Virus record (IMG/VR): IMGVR_UViG_3300023196_001660
Source of the DNA: an uncultured virus (IMG/VR IMGVR_UViG_3300023196_001660)
Lineage: Duplodnaviria > Heunggongvirae > Uroviricota > Caudoviricetes > Crassvirales
DNA: 64,000 bases
Direction: 5' to 3' (one strand)
The translations under genes were made by a program, and so were the position numbers. Of the stretch, positions 21,237 to 29,726 are shown in pieces. Numbering within the stretch: position 1 is the stretch's first letter; each line of letters opens with the position of its first letter. The notes under the pieces are model-generated. The model saw only the letters and a program-made list of their open reading frames with translations. It ran no database searches and was not told the origin of the DNA.

Positions 21237-21293
21237 TTTGTTGAACTTATTTAAACTGTACGGCTAATTAATTTATTTAAATACCATTGTACT

Positions 21294-21992
21294 ATGGAGA
21301 ATTTATTTATCTCAAGAGTTAACCTTATAGCCAAGGACGCTAAAGGTAAACCAATTAACATTGTAGTTATTGCGACTACTAACGGTAAATCGAACATTGT
21401 TCGTAATCATCAACAATTCTTACAAGACCTTAAGAATAGTTTTTTAATTGATGATAGTATTACATCTATTATGCATCCAAGCGTAAGACGTGTACTTAAA
21501 GGTCTACGACGTGGAACAGTAAGTGGAGATATCACTTATACCAAGAAAGGAGATACGTATCTTGTAACTAAAGATAGTCGTGTTATAACTGATTTAACAC
21601 ATCCCGATTTTGGTACGTATGCCATTGGAGATGAAAGAGTATCTGAAGAAGATAGAACTCTTGTTGACGGGTTTCTTGACCTTGATACTACTATTGAACA
21701 CCAAACTGTATACGCAACAGCCGAAGCAACTGCACAAGCTAAATTGGCTATGCAAGGTGCTTTCGAACAGTTCGATGTTGTTGAAAATGCTCCTGTTGAC
21801 ACTCCTGTTGACGTTAAAGAGCCTGTATTAGACATTGTTGAACCTGCAACTGTTGACGCCATTGTAGGTAAGAAAGGNNNNNNNNNNNNNNNNNNNNNNN
21901 NNNNNNNNNNNNNNNNNNNNNNNNNNNNNNNNNNNNNNNNNNNNNNNNNNNNNNNNNNNNNNNNNNNNNNNNNNNNNAAAGGCAAGAAATAG
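21294..21992 (+). CDS. Hypothetical protein, first gene of the rightward unit (spans an N gap)
   Basis: Open frame with a Pro/Val/Asp-rich repetitive tail; true length uncertain because of the gap. Confidence 0.7.
   Translation: MENLFISRVNLIAKDAKGKPINIVVIATTNGKSNIVRNHQQFLQDLKNSFLIDDSITSIMHPSVRRVLKGLRRGTVSGDITYTKKGDTYLVTKDSRVITDLTHPDFGTYAIGDERVSEEDRTLVDGFLDLDTTIEHQTVYATAEATAQAKLAMQGAFEQFDVVENAPVDTPVDVKEPVLDIVEPATVDAIVGKKXXXXXXXXXXXXXXXXXXXXXXXXXXXXXXXXXXKGKK
21878..21977. other. Assembly gap (100 N)
   Basis: Run of N; the flanks share aaagg, so the real gap may be about zero. Confidence 0.95.
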
Positions 21993-22005
21993 TAGCCAAA
22001 TGTAA

Positions 22006-22080
22006 TGGAGTAAGTGTAACGAGTTAGTATCCTGCTACGTGTGTAGTAGGGTACGAGCTTGATACGCTAACAAAACTCCA
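22006..22080 (+). ncRNA. Long imperfect RNA hairpin (structured RNA element)
   Basis: tggagt/actcca, agtgta/tacgct, cgagtt/agcttg, gtatcctgctac-gtgt-gtagtagggtac; five G-U pairs that work only on the + strand RNA. Confidence 0.6.
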
Positions 22081-22135
22081 ATCACAACATAGACTTCAAT
22101 TAAAACATAGATTTCACAACTATAAAACAAATAAG

Positions 22136-22303
22136 ATGCAACAAAGTATAACTGTTCCTCGTGGTACTAATATTGGCAAAGCCATAAAGGACACATTAAT
22201 TGCCAAGAAACTTTATAACAAAGTTAAAATACTAACATTTGAAGTAAAGAGAGATAAAGTAGCTAAAACAGTTACTGCAAGTATAACATACAACTATAAA
22301 TAA
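22136..22303 (+). CDS. Small hypothetical protein (55 aa, not in track)
   Basis: MQQSITVPRGTNIGKAIKDTLIAKKLYNKV...NYK*, A-rich leader. Confidence 0.6.
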   Translation: MQQSITVPRGTNIGKAIKDTLIAKKLYNKVKILTFEVKRDKVAKTVTASITYNYK

Positions 22304-22311
22304 TAAACAAG

Positions 22312-22515
22312 ATGAACTTTATAAAGACAGTAACAGTATTTATGCAAGTAACAATTATTACATTAGCACTTGCAATAGGTTTATTAATGGTATTTGCACC
22401 AACTTCAATAACATTTAGTTGGTCATTAGAAACCTTATTAGTTATAACCAATAAGATAGTAGGAATACTAATACTTATAGGAATATATATAACTATAAAG
22501 ATATTACGCAAATAG
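22312..22515 (+). CDS. Small two-TM membrane protein
   Basis: Two hydrophobic helices, basic C-terminus. Confidence 0.6.
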   Translation: MNFIKTVTVFMQVTIITLALAIGLLMVFAPTSITFSWSLETLLVITNKIVGILILIGIYITIKILRK

Positions 22516-22556
22516 TACAATGAGCTTTGTGTCTTTATTGACATTTAGTTGTGAAT

Positions 22557-22653
22557 GTAGTCGGAGAATGAGATGTAACAGGTAGTTTTAAGTGATTTGG
22601 GGTTATTAATTGATTACTTTAAGTGTCTGCTGTTGCATCTGTTCTCTAACTAC
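22557..22653 (+). ncRNA. Long imperfect RNA hairpin
   Basis: gtagt/actac, gagaa/ttctc, agatgtaaca/tgttgcatct, gtag/ctgc, aagtgatt/gattactt with several G-U pairs. Confidence 0.55.
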
Positions 22654-22989
22654 TATTTACAGTACATTTCACATTACTTACATTAATACTCCATTTATAT
22701 AACACATCATATTAATACTTAATACAAATCATACTATAACACATAATAAAACCCTTAATATAAAGCACATTAGACGTACATAGAACTCTTATTAATTCAC
22801 ATTGTTACATTAGTATTTGTATAATATATGTTGTATCTTGTATCTTTATAATGTTATTAAAGGAAGAATATGTAAATGTATGGAAATGAGTAGTTTAGGA
22901 GTATGAAAGTGGCAATATAGTACAGTCGAGTGTCATCCTTTGCCACTACGATTTATAAATAGCTGATTTACAATGATTTACAATGATAT

Positions 22990-23041
22990 ACCCTTTACAT
23001 AAGAATAGAGGAGATAACTCTCTTGCTTTAGTATAAAGGGT
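22990..23041 (+). other. Intergenic hairpin
   Basis: acccttta/taaagggt outer stem, agag/ctct inner stem; preceded by a tgatttacaa direct repeat. Confidence 0.5.
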
Positions 23042-23087
23042 TAAACATAATTTAATACATAACAATAACATAATTAAATAATTAATA

Positions 23088-23438
23088 ATGGATAAGCATA
23101 TAATATTTCCAGCAGTAGCTGATGCTAATGATGGACAAAGGTCAATGAAACAAGGTATAGTAATGCCTGAACTTAATAATACATTAAGTAAGATGATACT
23201 TAATTTAAAACAACGTGAGTTAACTAAAGAGTTTCTTAAGGATTTCTATCATGTTGATACTTATAAGAAAGCTAATGGTGATTGGAGATTACAAGGACAT
23301 ATTTATTTTGATGATATGCCTATTGAATTACCTAAATGGATGGATGAAGCAGTAGATAATACTGAACTAGCAATAGTACATGGTAGAGTACTACTTGAAG
23401 TATGGAATGTAATAATTCCTTTAGATTTACCTTTTTAA
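23088..23438 (+). CDS. Hypothetical protein
   Basis: 116 aa, ends in DLPF. Confidence 0.65.
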   Translation: MDKHIIFPAVADANDGQRSMKQGIVMPELNNTLSKMILNLKQRELTKEFLKDFYHVDTYKKANGDWRLQGHIYFDDMPIELPKWMDEAVDNTELAIVHGRVLLEVWNVIIPLDLPF

Positions 23439-23454
23439 CTTAATACTAAACAAA

Positions 23455-24630
23455 ATGAATTCACTTGTAATACAAAATAATGGGTTAGTAGACCCACATG
23501 ACCTATGTTTAATAGGTTCATCTACTAAAAGAGGAGATGACACTAAAATAGGTATGTTTGGTAGTGGTTGGAAATACGCATTAGCTTGGTTTCTACGTAA
23601 CGAAATAGACATTAGAATATTTAGTGGTAGTAATGAAATAGTTATTGATTATGATATGGTTATCCATAGAGATAAACCTGTTAGAGTACTAACTATAGAT
23701 GGTAAACAAACTTCTATTACAGCTCAAATGGGACCTCAATGGACAGGTTGGATGGCTATAAGAGAAATAGTTAGTAATGCTATTGATGAAGGTGGTTATG
23801 AAATTAACACTGTATTTAATGTTGAGCCTAAAGGTTTAACTGATGATACTACAACTATTTACATACCTGTAAATAATGATTTACAAAATGTAGTTAGAAA
23901 CTATGAACATTACTTTGCATTTGATAGAAAAGAAACACATATAAATAATAAAGGTCGTGTATTTCTTAAATCTTATAAAGGTGCTATAAATATTTATAGA
24001 AAAGGTATTAGATGTTTTGATTCTAAATCTTCTAGTAAAGAATATCATTCTAAACTTGACTTTGATTTAAATGATATTACTATTAATGAATCTCGTGTAG
24101 CTGATTGGTATGATAGTAAAAATGCTATTTATTCTCTAGTTAGAGCAGGAATACCTGCTAATATTCTTCTACAATGTATAAGAGAAGATAGGTTACCTTA
24201 TAGACCTTCTGAACATAATTGTGAACAAGTTGAAATACTTGTTGCACAAGGGTATCATTTTGTATCTAGAATAGAAGCCTTATTTATGGGTATAAATACA
24301 TTAGATGTAGATTCTATAATTCTTAATGATGGTTGGTATAAAGACCTTGTTGAAAGAGGTATAATTACTAGTAATATAAATGTAGGTGACCTTATGTTTA
24401 TTGAAACTAAGAAATTAGATTTAACAGAAGTAACTTATCATCTTGAAGGAATAGGACTTGATAACATTACATTAATAAGTGGTACATTTGATACTGGTTA
24501 TAATGATGTTAAAAGAATAGATAATCATACTATCTTATTTAGAGATAGTTTAAAGATGACTTCTAAAGCAATGGCTGTTGAAGCTATGATACTTTTAGAT
24601 AGTTCTATTCTTGAAGTAATATTTAAATAA
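23455..24630 (+). CDS. GHKL (Hsp90/MutL/rIIA-like) ATPase with permuted motif order
   Basis: IQNNG, SSTKR..IGMFGSGWKYA at the N-terminus; N-box AIREIVSNAIDE about residue 100. Confidence 0.75.
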   Translation: MNSLVIQNNGLVDPHDLCLIGSSTKRGDDTKIGMFGSGWKYALAWFLRNEIDIRIFSGSNEIVIDYDMVIHRDKPVRVLTIDGKQTSITAQMGPQWTGWMAIREIVSNAIDEGGYEINTVFNVEPKGLTDDTTTIYIPVNNDLQNVVRNYEHYFAFDRKETHINNKGRVFLKSYKGAINIYRKGIRCFDSKSSSKEYHSKLDFDLNDITINESRVADWYDSKNAIYSLVRAGIPANILLQCIREDRLPYRPSEHNCEQVEILVAQGYHFVSRIEALFMGINTLDVDSIILNDGWYKDLVERGIITSNINVGDLMFIETKKLDLTEVTYHLEGIGLDNITLISGTFDTGYNDVKRIDNHTILFRDSLKMTSKAMAVEAMILLDSSILEVIFK

Positions 24631-24635
24631 ATAAT

Positions 24636-24700
24636 AATGTATAGACTACCTTAATCACGTAAGTGGATAAGACAAGCTCAATATAGGTAGTCTATATATT
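24636..24700 (+). ncRNA. Intergenic structured element (16-bp stem with inner GNRA hairpin)
   Basis: aatgtatagactacct/aggtagtctatatatt enclosing tcac-gtaa-gtgg. Confidence 0.5.
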
Positions 24701-24724
24701 TTATAATTAATAAATAACATAATT

Positions 24725-24886
24725 ATGAAAGCAGATTATAAAATAAGTTTAAAAGTATGGTCATTACCATTGACTATAGCTTATATGAGTGATGTTTGGA
24801 AACAAACTAAAAGAATAGATAAAACTCTATTTATTGGCATACTTTGTTGTAATGCTGAATTTACATGGAGTACTAAAATTAAATAA
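24725..24886 (+). CDS. Small hypothetical protein (53 aa, not in track)
   Basis: MKADYKISLKVWSLPLTIAY...WSTKIK*. Confidence 0.55.
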   Translation: MKADYKISLKVWSLPLTIAYMSDVWKQTKRIDKTLFIGILCCNAEFTWSTKIK

Positions 24887-24900
24887 TTAATAATAAATAT

Positions 24901-25275
24901 ATGGGAAATAACAAAAGAGAATGGACTACGGGAGAGGACGCCATTCTAGTTAAAACAATGAAAGAAGCTACTAATAGACCTGCAGGTTATAGACAAGCTG
25001 CTAAACTATTAGGCAGAACACCATCAGCATGTACTAATAGATATGCTAAAGAAAGATATAAAGTAGTATCTGATACTGTAGAAAAGAATACACCTACAAT
25101 TCAAAAGTCACCAAATATTAAACTGAAACAATTATTAAAAGGAAGAATTAATGACATAGATATCTTAATAAAAGATAGAGTTGCTGGTGAATATGCAACT
25201 ACTGATAAACACGCTTTTATGTTTTACAGTACTATTATAAACGATATTCAAATACTTGTAGATAAAATTAAATAA
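24901..25275 (+). CDS. Myb/SANT-like HTH DNA-binding protein
   Basis: WTTGEDAIL...AAKLLGRTPSACTNRY pattern. Confidence 0.7.
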   Translation: MGNNKREWTTGEDAILVKTMKEATNRPAGYRQAAKLLGRTPSACTNRYAKERYKVVSDTVEKNTPTIQKSPNIKLKQLLKGRINDIDILIKDRVAGEYATTDKHAFMFYSTIINDIQILVDKIK

Positions 25276-25294
25276 TAATTATAATACACAACTA

Positions 25295-25534
25295 ATGGGA
25301 ACAACACAAAGAAATCATCATAAGAATAAAAACTTATTACAAGATGTAGCTAATACTTTAAAATATGTTTTTAGACCAAGAGGTAAACATTTAAGTCCTG
25401 CTGAAGTTATAGCACTTAAAAAACGTAGAGATAATTATAATACACCTAATCAAAGTAATTGGGATAAAAAGACTTATAAACGTAGAGCAAAAAATAAAAT
25501 TGCTAAACAATCTCGTAAAATGAATAGGGTATGA
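25295..25534 (+). CDS. Small basic hypothetical protein
   Basis: 79 aa, K/R-rich C-terminus. Confidence 0.6.
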   Translation: MGTTQRNHHKNKNLLQDVANTLKYVFRPRGKHLSPAEVIALKKRRDNYNTPNQSNWDKKTYKRRAKNKIAKQSRKMNRV

Positions 25535-25782
25535 GTAAGATACAAGATTATACAACAGCTGACATAGACATTTATAGTGAAGGTATAGTATCTTGTTCTG
25601 TTTGTGTTCCTGAAGATATGGAGAAACATAATGTAGAATTACTTGTAAACTTTAAATCACCTACTAAAATAAGTAGTGATTGGACAATAAGTGATGAAGA
25701 AACATTTAGTGATGGCATAACACCTCATCCTACAAAATGTCAAGACCATAAACGTAGAATACATTATTTACTACATTGTTGA
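25531..25782 (+). CDS. Hypothetical protein (Cys/His, possible metal binding)
   Basis: CSVC ... C...HY...C; ATGA overlap with the previous gene. Confidence 0.6.
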   Translation: MSKIQDYTTADIDIYSEGIVSCSVCVPEDMEKHNVELLVNFKSPTKISSDWTISDEETFSDGITPHPTKCQDHKRRIHYLLHC

Positions 25783-25785
25783 TAT

Positions 25786-26220
25786 AAGAGTTCTGTAAGT
25801 ATAGTATATGTAAGTTAATAAATTGGGTTTATAATATACTTATTCTCTTTAAGGTGTAGCTACCTCATAACGATAGTTATATGATAACTACAATATGAAA
25901 AAGTTAGTTGTTTATATTACAGTTCTTATATGATTAATAGCGTGTAAACAATGATATAAGTGGTAGTTTTACTAATCCTTTTACTACCACTTTTATTTAA
26001 AATCTAACTCCTATTTAATTACATAGTTAGCAATGAATATAGATATACCCTAATATATTTATCTCCTGTTAATGTACAAAATAGTTTATGTAATTCTATA
26101 GGAGTTTTTTAATAACATAGGAGAGTAGTCCATTGTGATAATCCGTACCTATAACCACGAATCGGCATACCGAAAATGGTACATAGATAGTATGAGTAAC
26201 TGGTTTAAAACTACTCTCCT
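25786..26220 (+). ncRNA. Cluster of five consecutive hairpins in a region with no substantial ORF
   Basis: Stems at 25786-25849, 25855-25892, 25958-25992, 26006-26106 and 26119-26220. Confidence 0.55.
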
Positions 26221-26239
26221 TATTTAAATAGAATATAAG

Positions 26240-26386
26240 ATGAAAACATATTTAGAATTAAATGTACATCAAAAGATACAAATTAAGCAATATGCTATTA
26301 ATCTATTTGGTAAAAGATGGCATACATCTACTCCTATATTTTGTAATAGACTTAATGAATTAGATATACAAACTATAATTGGATAA
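26240..26386 (+). CDS. Small hypothetical protein (48 aa, not in track)
   Basis: MKTYLELNVHQKIQIKQYAINLFGKRW...TIIG*. Confidence 0.5.
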   Translation: MKTYLELNVHQKIQIKQYAINLFGKRWHTSTPIFCNRLNELDIQTIIG

Positions 26387-26389
26387 GAC

Positions 26390-26605
26390 ATGAGTAAACA
26401 AATAGCTAAAATTAAAGGTAATAGACATCTATATATTAAAGATGAAACAAGACATATTCCTGAATTTGCTTTTATAAATACTTTTTATAATGGCATAAAA
26501 TATGGAAAAAGTGTACAGATAACAATAGATGATAAATATATTCATCTAACTAAAGTACAATGTAATAAATTAATAAAAGCATTACAAAAATGCTATAAAG
26601 AATAA
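26390..26605 (+). CDS. Hypothetical protein
   Basis: 71-aa ORF. Confidence 0.6.
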   Translation: MSKQIAKIKGNRHLYIKDETRHIPEFAFINTFYNGIKYGKSVQITIDDKYIHLTKVQCNKLIKALQKCYKE

Positions 26606-26624
26606 ACTACTAAACAATAACACA

Positions 26625-27227
26625 ATGAAACAATTAATAGCCATCCCTCTGATGTTATTAGCGTTGATTGGGAACACACAAGAGAATGTATCACTTGCAA
26701 TATATCAAGATTTAGGTCTTGCAGTTAGAAGTGATGATTATGGTAACAATCCATTTACAATAGATGTTACAATGAAATTTTTAATGAATGGTAATCATCT
26801 ATTAAGCTATAAAGGTAATTTTATAGGTTATACACATATGGGAGCTATTGTAGAAATAGCTGATTTAGCAGGTGGTAACTATACAAGATATGGAGCTGAA
26901 TTAGGATTTACTTTTACTCATATTTATATTGGTAATTTAAGAACTGAAATAACTCCATTAGTTAATTATGGCTTTTTAGAACGTACGCATCATGTTGAAT
27001 CATATAATGGGCAAGGTGCTTATAACCCAACATTTACTGTTAGAGCTTGGGAATTTGGATTACAATACGGTATTCCATTAAGTCCACATATTAAACTATT
27101 AGCTTTAGGTACAATTACACAAGCTAATGATTTACAAGTTTTATGGGGTGATGATGCTAAGAAGTGGCGAAAGAATTTTAGTATTGGTATTGAAATAGCA
27201 TTTACTAAACCAACAATACATAAATAA
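26625..27227 (+). CDS. Secreted outer-membrane beta-barrel protein
   Basis: Sec signal (MKQLIAIPLMLLALIGNT|Q) and about 8 alternating Gly/aromatic strands (YGAELGFTF, ITPLVNYG, WEFGLQYGI, FSIGIEIAF). Confidence 0.7.
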   Translation: MKQLIAIPLMLLALIGNTQENVSLAIYQDLGLAVRSDDYGNNPFTIDVTMKFLMNGNHLLSYKGNFIGYTHMGAIVEIADLAGGNYTRYGAELGFTFTHIYIGNLRTEITPLVNYGFLERTHHVESYNGQGAYNPTFTVRAWEFGLQYGIPLSPHIKLLALGTITQANDLQVLWGDDAKKWRKNFSIGIEIAFTKPTIHK

Positions 27228-27257
27228 TATTATAGCATACTTTATATAAGTTAAACT

Positions 27258-27722
27258 ATGAAGAAAAAGATAATAGTAAAGAAATATAATATAGAACAAT
27301 CTCCCTTTTATAATAAAGCTGGAGCATTGAGAGCTAAGCTAACTGAACTTAAAGCTAGTGATGGCGAAGAAGTTGTATTAGCTCGTAAAAGATTTTTTAA
27401 ACAAGATGAATACATAAAGTTTATTATTAATAGAGAATTTAATATTACAGCATTTCATCAATTACCTAAAATGTCTAATACTATTCTAACTTATATTCTT
27501 TATTATTGTTTAGAATATAATACTCCTACTTTTAGATTTAAGGTCAATGAGTTTGCTTTAATTATAGATACTGCTCCTTCCGTAGTATTTAAAGGTATTA
27601 AAGCACTTGTTGACTTAAAGTATATGTCTAAAACTAGAACTAGAGAAGTATATTGGATTAATCATAATATGTTTTATAAAGGAAACTTTATGATTGATAA
27701 ACATTTAGTAACAAAGAAATAA
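27258..27722 (+). CDS. RepL-like winged-helix protein
   Basis: VFKGIKALVD...YWINHNMFYKG matches the RepL-type C-terminal signature. Confidence 0.7.
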   Translation: MKKKIIVKKYNIEQSPFYNKAGALRAKLTELKASDGEEVVLARKRFFKQDEYIKFIINREFNITAFHQLPKMSNTILTYILYYCLEYNTPTFRFKVNEFALIIDTAPSVVFKGIKALVDLKYMSKTRTREVYWINHNMFYKGNFMIDKHLVTKK

Positions 27723-27724
27723 TT

Positions 27725-27916
27725 ATGAAAAGACAAGATGAAATAAAAGTTTTAATAGAATATTTAATAACTAAATTAAGTAAAACTATTGGTAATATAA
27801 ATACATGTAATAACCTTAATAGTAGAATGAGTGACCATTTAAAAGAAGTAAAAGCACTTTGTACTAATATAGAAGAATTAAGAAAAGAATATGATGTACT
27901 TATTAATACAAAGTAA
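27725..27916 (+). CDS. Hypothetical protein
   Basis: 63-aa ORF in the operon. Confidence 0.55.
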   Translation: MKRQDEIKVLIEYLITKLSKTIGNINTCNNLNSRMSDHLKEVKALCTNIEELRKEYDVLINTK

Positions 27917-28315
27917 ATGAAATTTAGAGATATAACTAAGAAAGTAAATAAGAAAGATGTAAATCTCCTTACAGGTAGAGCTGTAAGGAGAACATCTAAA
28001 AAGAAAAAGAAAGCTAGTTATGGATACATAGCTAGTAATAACGATGATGTGTTTCTTAATGTAGAAACAAATCCAAATTATAAAGAAACTAATGGAATAG
28101 CAGGTAGTCTTAATGGCTTACCTGAAGAAGTACAGAAGTTTCTTAACAATGCTAATATTAAAACAGCTAAAGTTACAGTTAATAACTCTTTATATGTTTT
28201 AGATAATGGTTACAGTGTTAAAATTACTGATATCGTATTAGCAGGAAAAAATAAGAAACATATTATTCTTAAACATAAGAAGAAAATTATATTAGACACC
28301 TATTTAAAAACTTAA
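27917..28315 (+). CDS. Hypothetical basic protein
   Basis: 132-aa ORF. Confidence 0.6.
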   Translation: MKFRDITKKVNKKDVNLLTGRAVRRTSKKKKKASYGYIASNNDDVFLNVETNPNYKETNGIAGSLNGLPEEVQKFLNNANIKTAKVTVNNSLYVLDNGYSVKITDIVLAGKNKKHIILKHKKKIILDTYLKT

Positions 28316-28322
28316 ACAAATT

Positions 28323-29726
28323 ATGGTATATACTACAGACCAAAATCAAGCATTAGATAGTATGCTTATATGGAGTAAAGCTCCTATTAAAAGTCCTTTA
28401 GATTTTTTATATACTTTAGATGGTGCAGCTGGAACAGGTAAAACTACAATAGTAAGAGCGTTTTTACATGGACTTAAATTAAGTACAAGTAAGATTGCTG
28501 TAACAGCTCCAACACATAAAGCTAAAAAAGTAATACAAGAAGCTACAGACTATAATAGCCAAACTATTCAAAAACTATTAGGTTTAAGACCTGATACACA
28601 AATGGATGATTTTAATCCTAACAAACCTGTATTTATGCCTTTAGGTGAAGATGAAATACAATACTATAAATATGTTATCATAGATGAAAGTAGTATGTTA
28701 AATGCTGAAGCTTTTAACCTTATTAAGAAACGTGCTATTAAATATAAAGTACGTATAGTTTTTTTAGGAGATGCTTTTCAACTTCCACCTATTAATGAAC
28801 GTATTAGTAAAGTATTTAGTGATGTACCTCATAAAAGTACACTAACAACCAATGTAAGACAAAGTGAAGATAATCCTATGATTAACATACTATCTATGCT
28901 ACGTAAAGATGTAGAATTTGGTACTGAATGGGGCATAAAAGATTTAATTAAGATTAAACATCATATTAATGGAGAGAAAGGCTTTCAATGTCTATCTACT
29001 GAAGCTAATAATGGATTTGGAGAAACTTCATTTGGTGCTGAATTACTACCTTATTATTTTAGTAGTGAATATGATGTAAATAAGAATCATATTAAATTCT
29101 TATCATATACTAATGATAGTATTGAAAAATGGAGTGAAGCATTAAGAATTAAAATACTTAAAGAAAAAGCTGAAAATATTATAAATGTAGGAGAGATACT
29201 TACTGGTTATAATAGTATCATAGATAATAGAACTAATAGTCTTATAATTGAAAATAGTGAAGATTACACTATATTAGAAATAGACAAAGGTACATCTAAT
29301 TTTGGTATTGATGGCTTTTATACCAGACTTGAAAATAGCAGAGGTTCTGAAAGAGTTGTTTTTATTGTAGACCATAGAAATATTGATAAGTTTAAAGAGA
29401 TATGTACACAGAAACTTAATATAGCTGTAGCACGTAGAGGTGGTTATTGGAGAGCTTATTATGCTTTTAAAAATACTCATTTACTTCTTAAAAACATTTC
29501 TAAAAATAGTAAAGTACCTACTAATCAATACGGTAATTTACTAGCTAAAAAAGATTTATATTATGGTTACGGTTGTACTGTACATAAATCTCAAGGTAGT
29601 ACATATGATAATGTTGCTATTAACTTACAAAATATCTATAAGAACTATGATATTAGTGAAAGAGCTAGATTAATATATGTTGCATTAAGTAGAACTAAAA
29701 ATATGAACTTAATATTAGTGAAATGA
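28323..29726 (+). CDS. SF1B (Dda/RecD-like) DNA helicase
   Basis: GAAGTGKTT, APTHKA, IIDESSM, GDAFQLPP, TVHKSQGSTY, YVALSR. Confidence 0.92.
   Translation: MVYTTDQNQALDSMLIWSKAPIKSPLDFLYTLDGAAGTGKTTIVRAFLHGLKLSTSKIAVTAPTHKAKKVIQEATDYNSQTIQKLLGLRPDTQMDDFNPNKPVFMPLGEDEIQYYKYVIIDESSMLNAEAFNLIKKRAIKYKVRIVFLGDAFQLPPINERISKVFSDVPHKSTLTTNVRQSEDNPMINILSMLRKDVEFGTEWGIKDLIKIKHHINGEKGFQCLSTEANNGFGETSFGAELLPYYFSSEYDVNKNHIKFLSYTNDSIEKWSEALRIKILKEKAENIINVGEILTGYNSIIDNRTNSLIIENSEDYTILEIDKGTSNFGIDGFYTRLENSRGSERVVFIVDHRNIDKFKEICTQKLNIAVARRGGYWRAYYAFKNTHLLLKNISKNSKVPTNQYGNLLAKKDLYYGYGCTVHKSQGSTYDNVAINLQNIYKNYDISERARLIYVALSRTKNMNLILVK

Noticed and set aside
24636..24700. Twister or hammerhead ribozyme
   Set aside because: Only superficial words (taa, caagctc); the required conserved cores and pseudoknot pairings were not found.
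21990..26230. CRISPR mini-array or tandem repeat array in the non-coding early region
   Set aside because: The elements are inverted repeats with different sequences; there are no regularly spaced direct repeats.
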